Source: Mobula hypostoma (lineage: Eukaryota). Taken from it: DNA of 64,000 bases. Positions 63,201-64,000 of the stretch are shown here, piece by piece. The translations under genes and the position numbers were made by a program. The notes under the pieces were generated by a model, which had not been told where the DNA came from, did no database searches, and worked only from the letters and a program-made list of their open reading frames with translations. The first letter of the stretch is position 1. Every line of letters starts with the position of its first letter. The stretch covers positions 13,890,001 through 13,954,000 of the forward strand of contig NC_086118.1 of NCBI RefSeq assembly GCF_963921235.1, in the 5' to 3' direction.

Positions 63201-64000
63201 TGGGTCATAATAGGTGAGCAGTTCAATGGATGTTATTAGTCTCTTTTTTCCCTTGAATTCTCTTTCACATCTTTCTGACCATTCCCACTTTGTTCTTGTC
63301 TGCAACAGTGCAGACAATGGGTGCAGCACTGTCAATACTGGGGAGAAACTGGTGGTAGTAGTTTCCAAGGCCCAAGTATAACATGAGTTGTGATACATTT
63401 TCTGGTTTGGGTGCCTGTAGCTCTGTCTTCTCTTGTGACTGATGTAAGCCATGCTTGTCAATGATGTTTCCTCAATATTGAATTTCATTCTTGAAAAAAA
63501 CACATTCCTCTCTCTTTGTGTGTGCAAACCATACTGATTCAGCCTGGTTAGCACTTTACCAAAGCTCTGGAGGTGCTCTTCATCATTCTTGCCAGTCACG
63601 ATGATGTCATCAAGGTAACATTGTGTTCCTGGAACATCTTGGAGCATTTGGTCCATTGTTCTTTGCCAAACTGCTAGTGCTGGTGCGATTCCAAATATGA
63701 AATGATTATACTGGAACTTGTGAGTGTTGATTGTGAGGAACTTCCTGCTTGATTCTGCAATCCCCATTTGCAGGTCGGCTTGTGACAAGTCAATCTTTGA
63801 AATCCTCTCTCCACCTGCCAAAGATGCAAAGAAGTTCTCTATTTGTGGCAGAGGATACTGAACAGTACACAACACCGGTTTGATGCTCAATTTGAAATCC
63901 CCACATATGCGAAAGATTCCGACCTTCCCTTTCTTAATCACTGAGACTATGGGCGTGGCCCAATCGCAGCACTCAGCCTTGGAGAGAATTTCAGAATCTC
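60270..64000 (-). mobile_element. Degenerate Gypsy LTR retrotransposon (RT, RNase H, integrase, PPT, partial 3' LTR), running off the window
   Basis: ORF 63078-63941 (RICGDF, KIDL, YLDD, LACD, PIAFASR); integrase ORF 60653-61513 (VDVHSKW, ILSDN, ERFIQTFK); PPT aaagggggaggaa at about 60422-60434 before tgtgg. Confidence 0.88.
61843..62778 (-). mobile_element. RTE-like LINE 3' part inserted in the Gypsy pol
   Basis: GVLQGDTLAPYIFIIVLDY, DFADDI, LAGHC..GRP; Gypsy sequence resumes on both sides. Confidence 0.85.

Noticed and set aside
1..64000. Prokaryotic-type systems (CRISPR arrays, operons), rRNA or true tRNA genes
   Set aside because: No regularly spaced repeat-spacer array or dense coding; tRNA-like boxes occur only as SINE heads.

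Overview
Eukaryotic, AT-rich, repeat-dominated vertebrate DNA. The repeat mix (CR1, Rex1/Babar, V-SINE and Deu-SINE remnants, Neptune-type Penelope, Gypsy, Hero, RTE) points to a cartilaginous fish, probably a ray; this is inference from repeat content only. There is no intact long ORF: most ORF-track entries are decayed transposon frames or their antisense. A few short minus-strand segments with canonical splice signals (53156-53208, 27164-27207, perhaps 16327-16335 and 2080-2169) suggest the window is intronic in an unidentified large gene. The top observation is in the 3' UTR of two Hero-like (RLE) retrotransposon copies (4143-4202 minus, 28201-28260 plus). Each carries the full hammerhead core (GUC, CUGAUGA, GAAA) with stems I, II and III in register, but in a strand order matching none of types I/II/III, i.e. 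a pseudoknotted, permuted hammerhead candidate. Also present: eight copies of the known minimal Penelope hammerhead, Penelope insertions from 34 bp to 3.2 kb sharing an inverted, tail-asymmetric architecture with 11-15 bp target-site duplications (TSDs), and an HDV-like ribozyme candidate at the 5' end of a Vingi/ingi-like element. Family names come from motif recognition, not database searches. Boundaries of old repeats are approximate.
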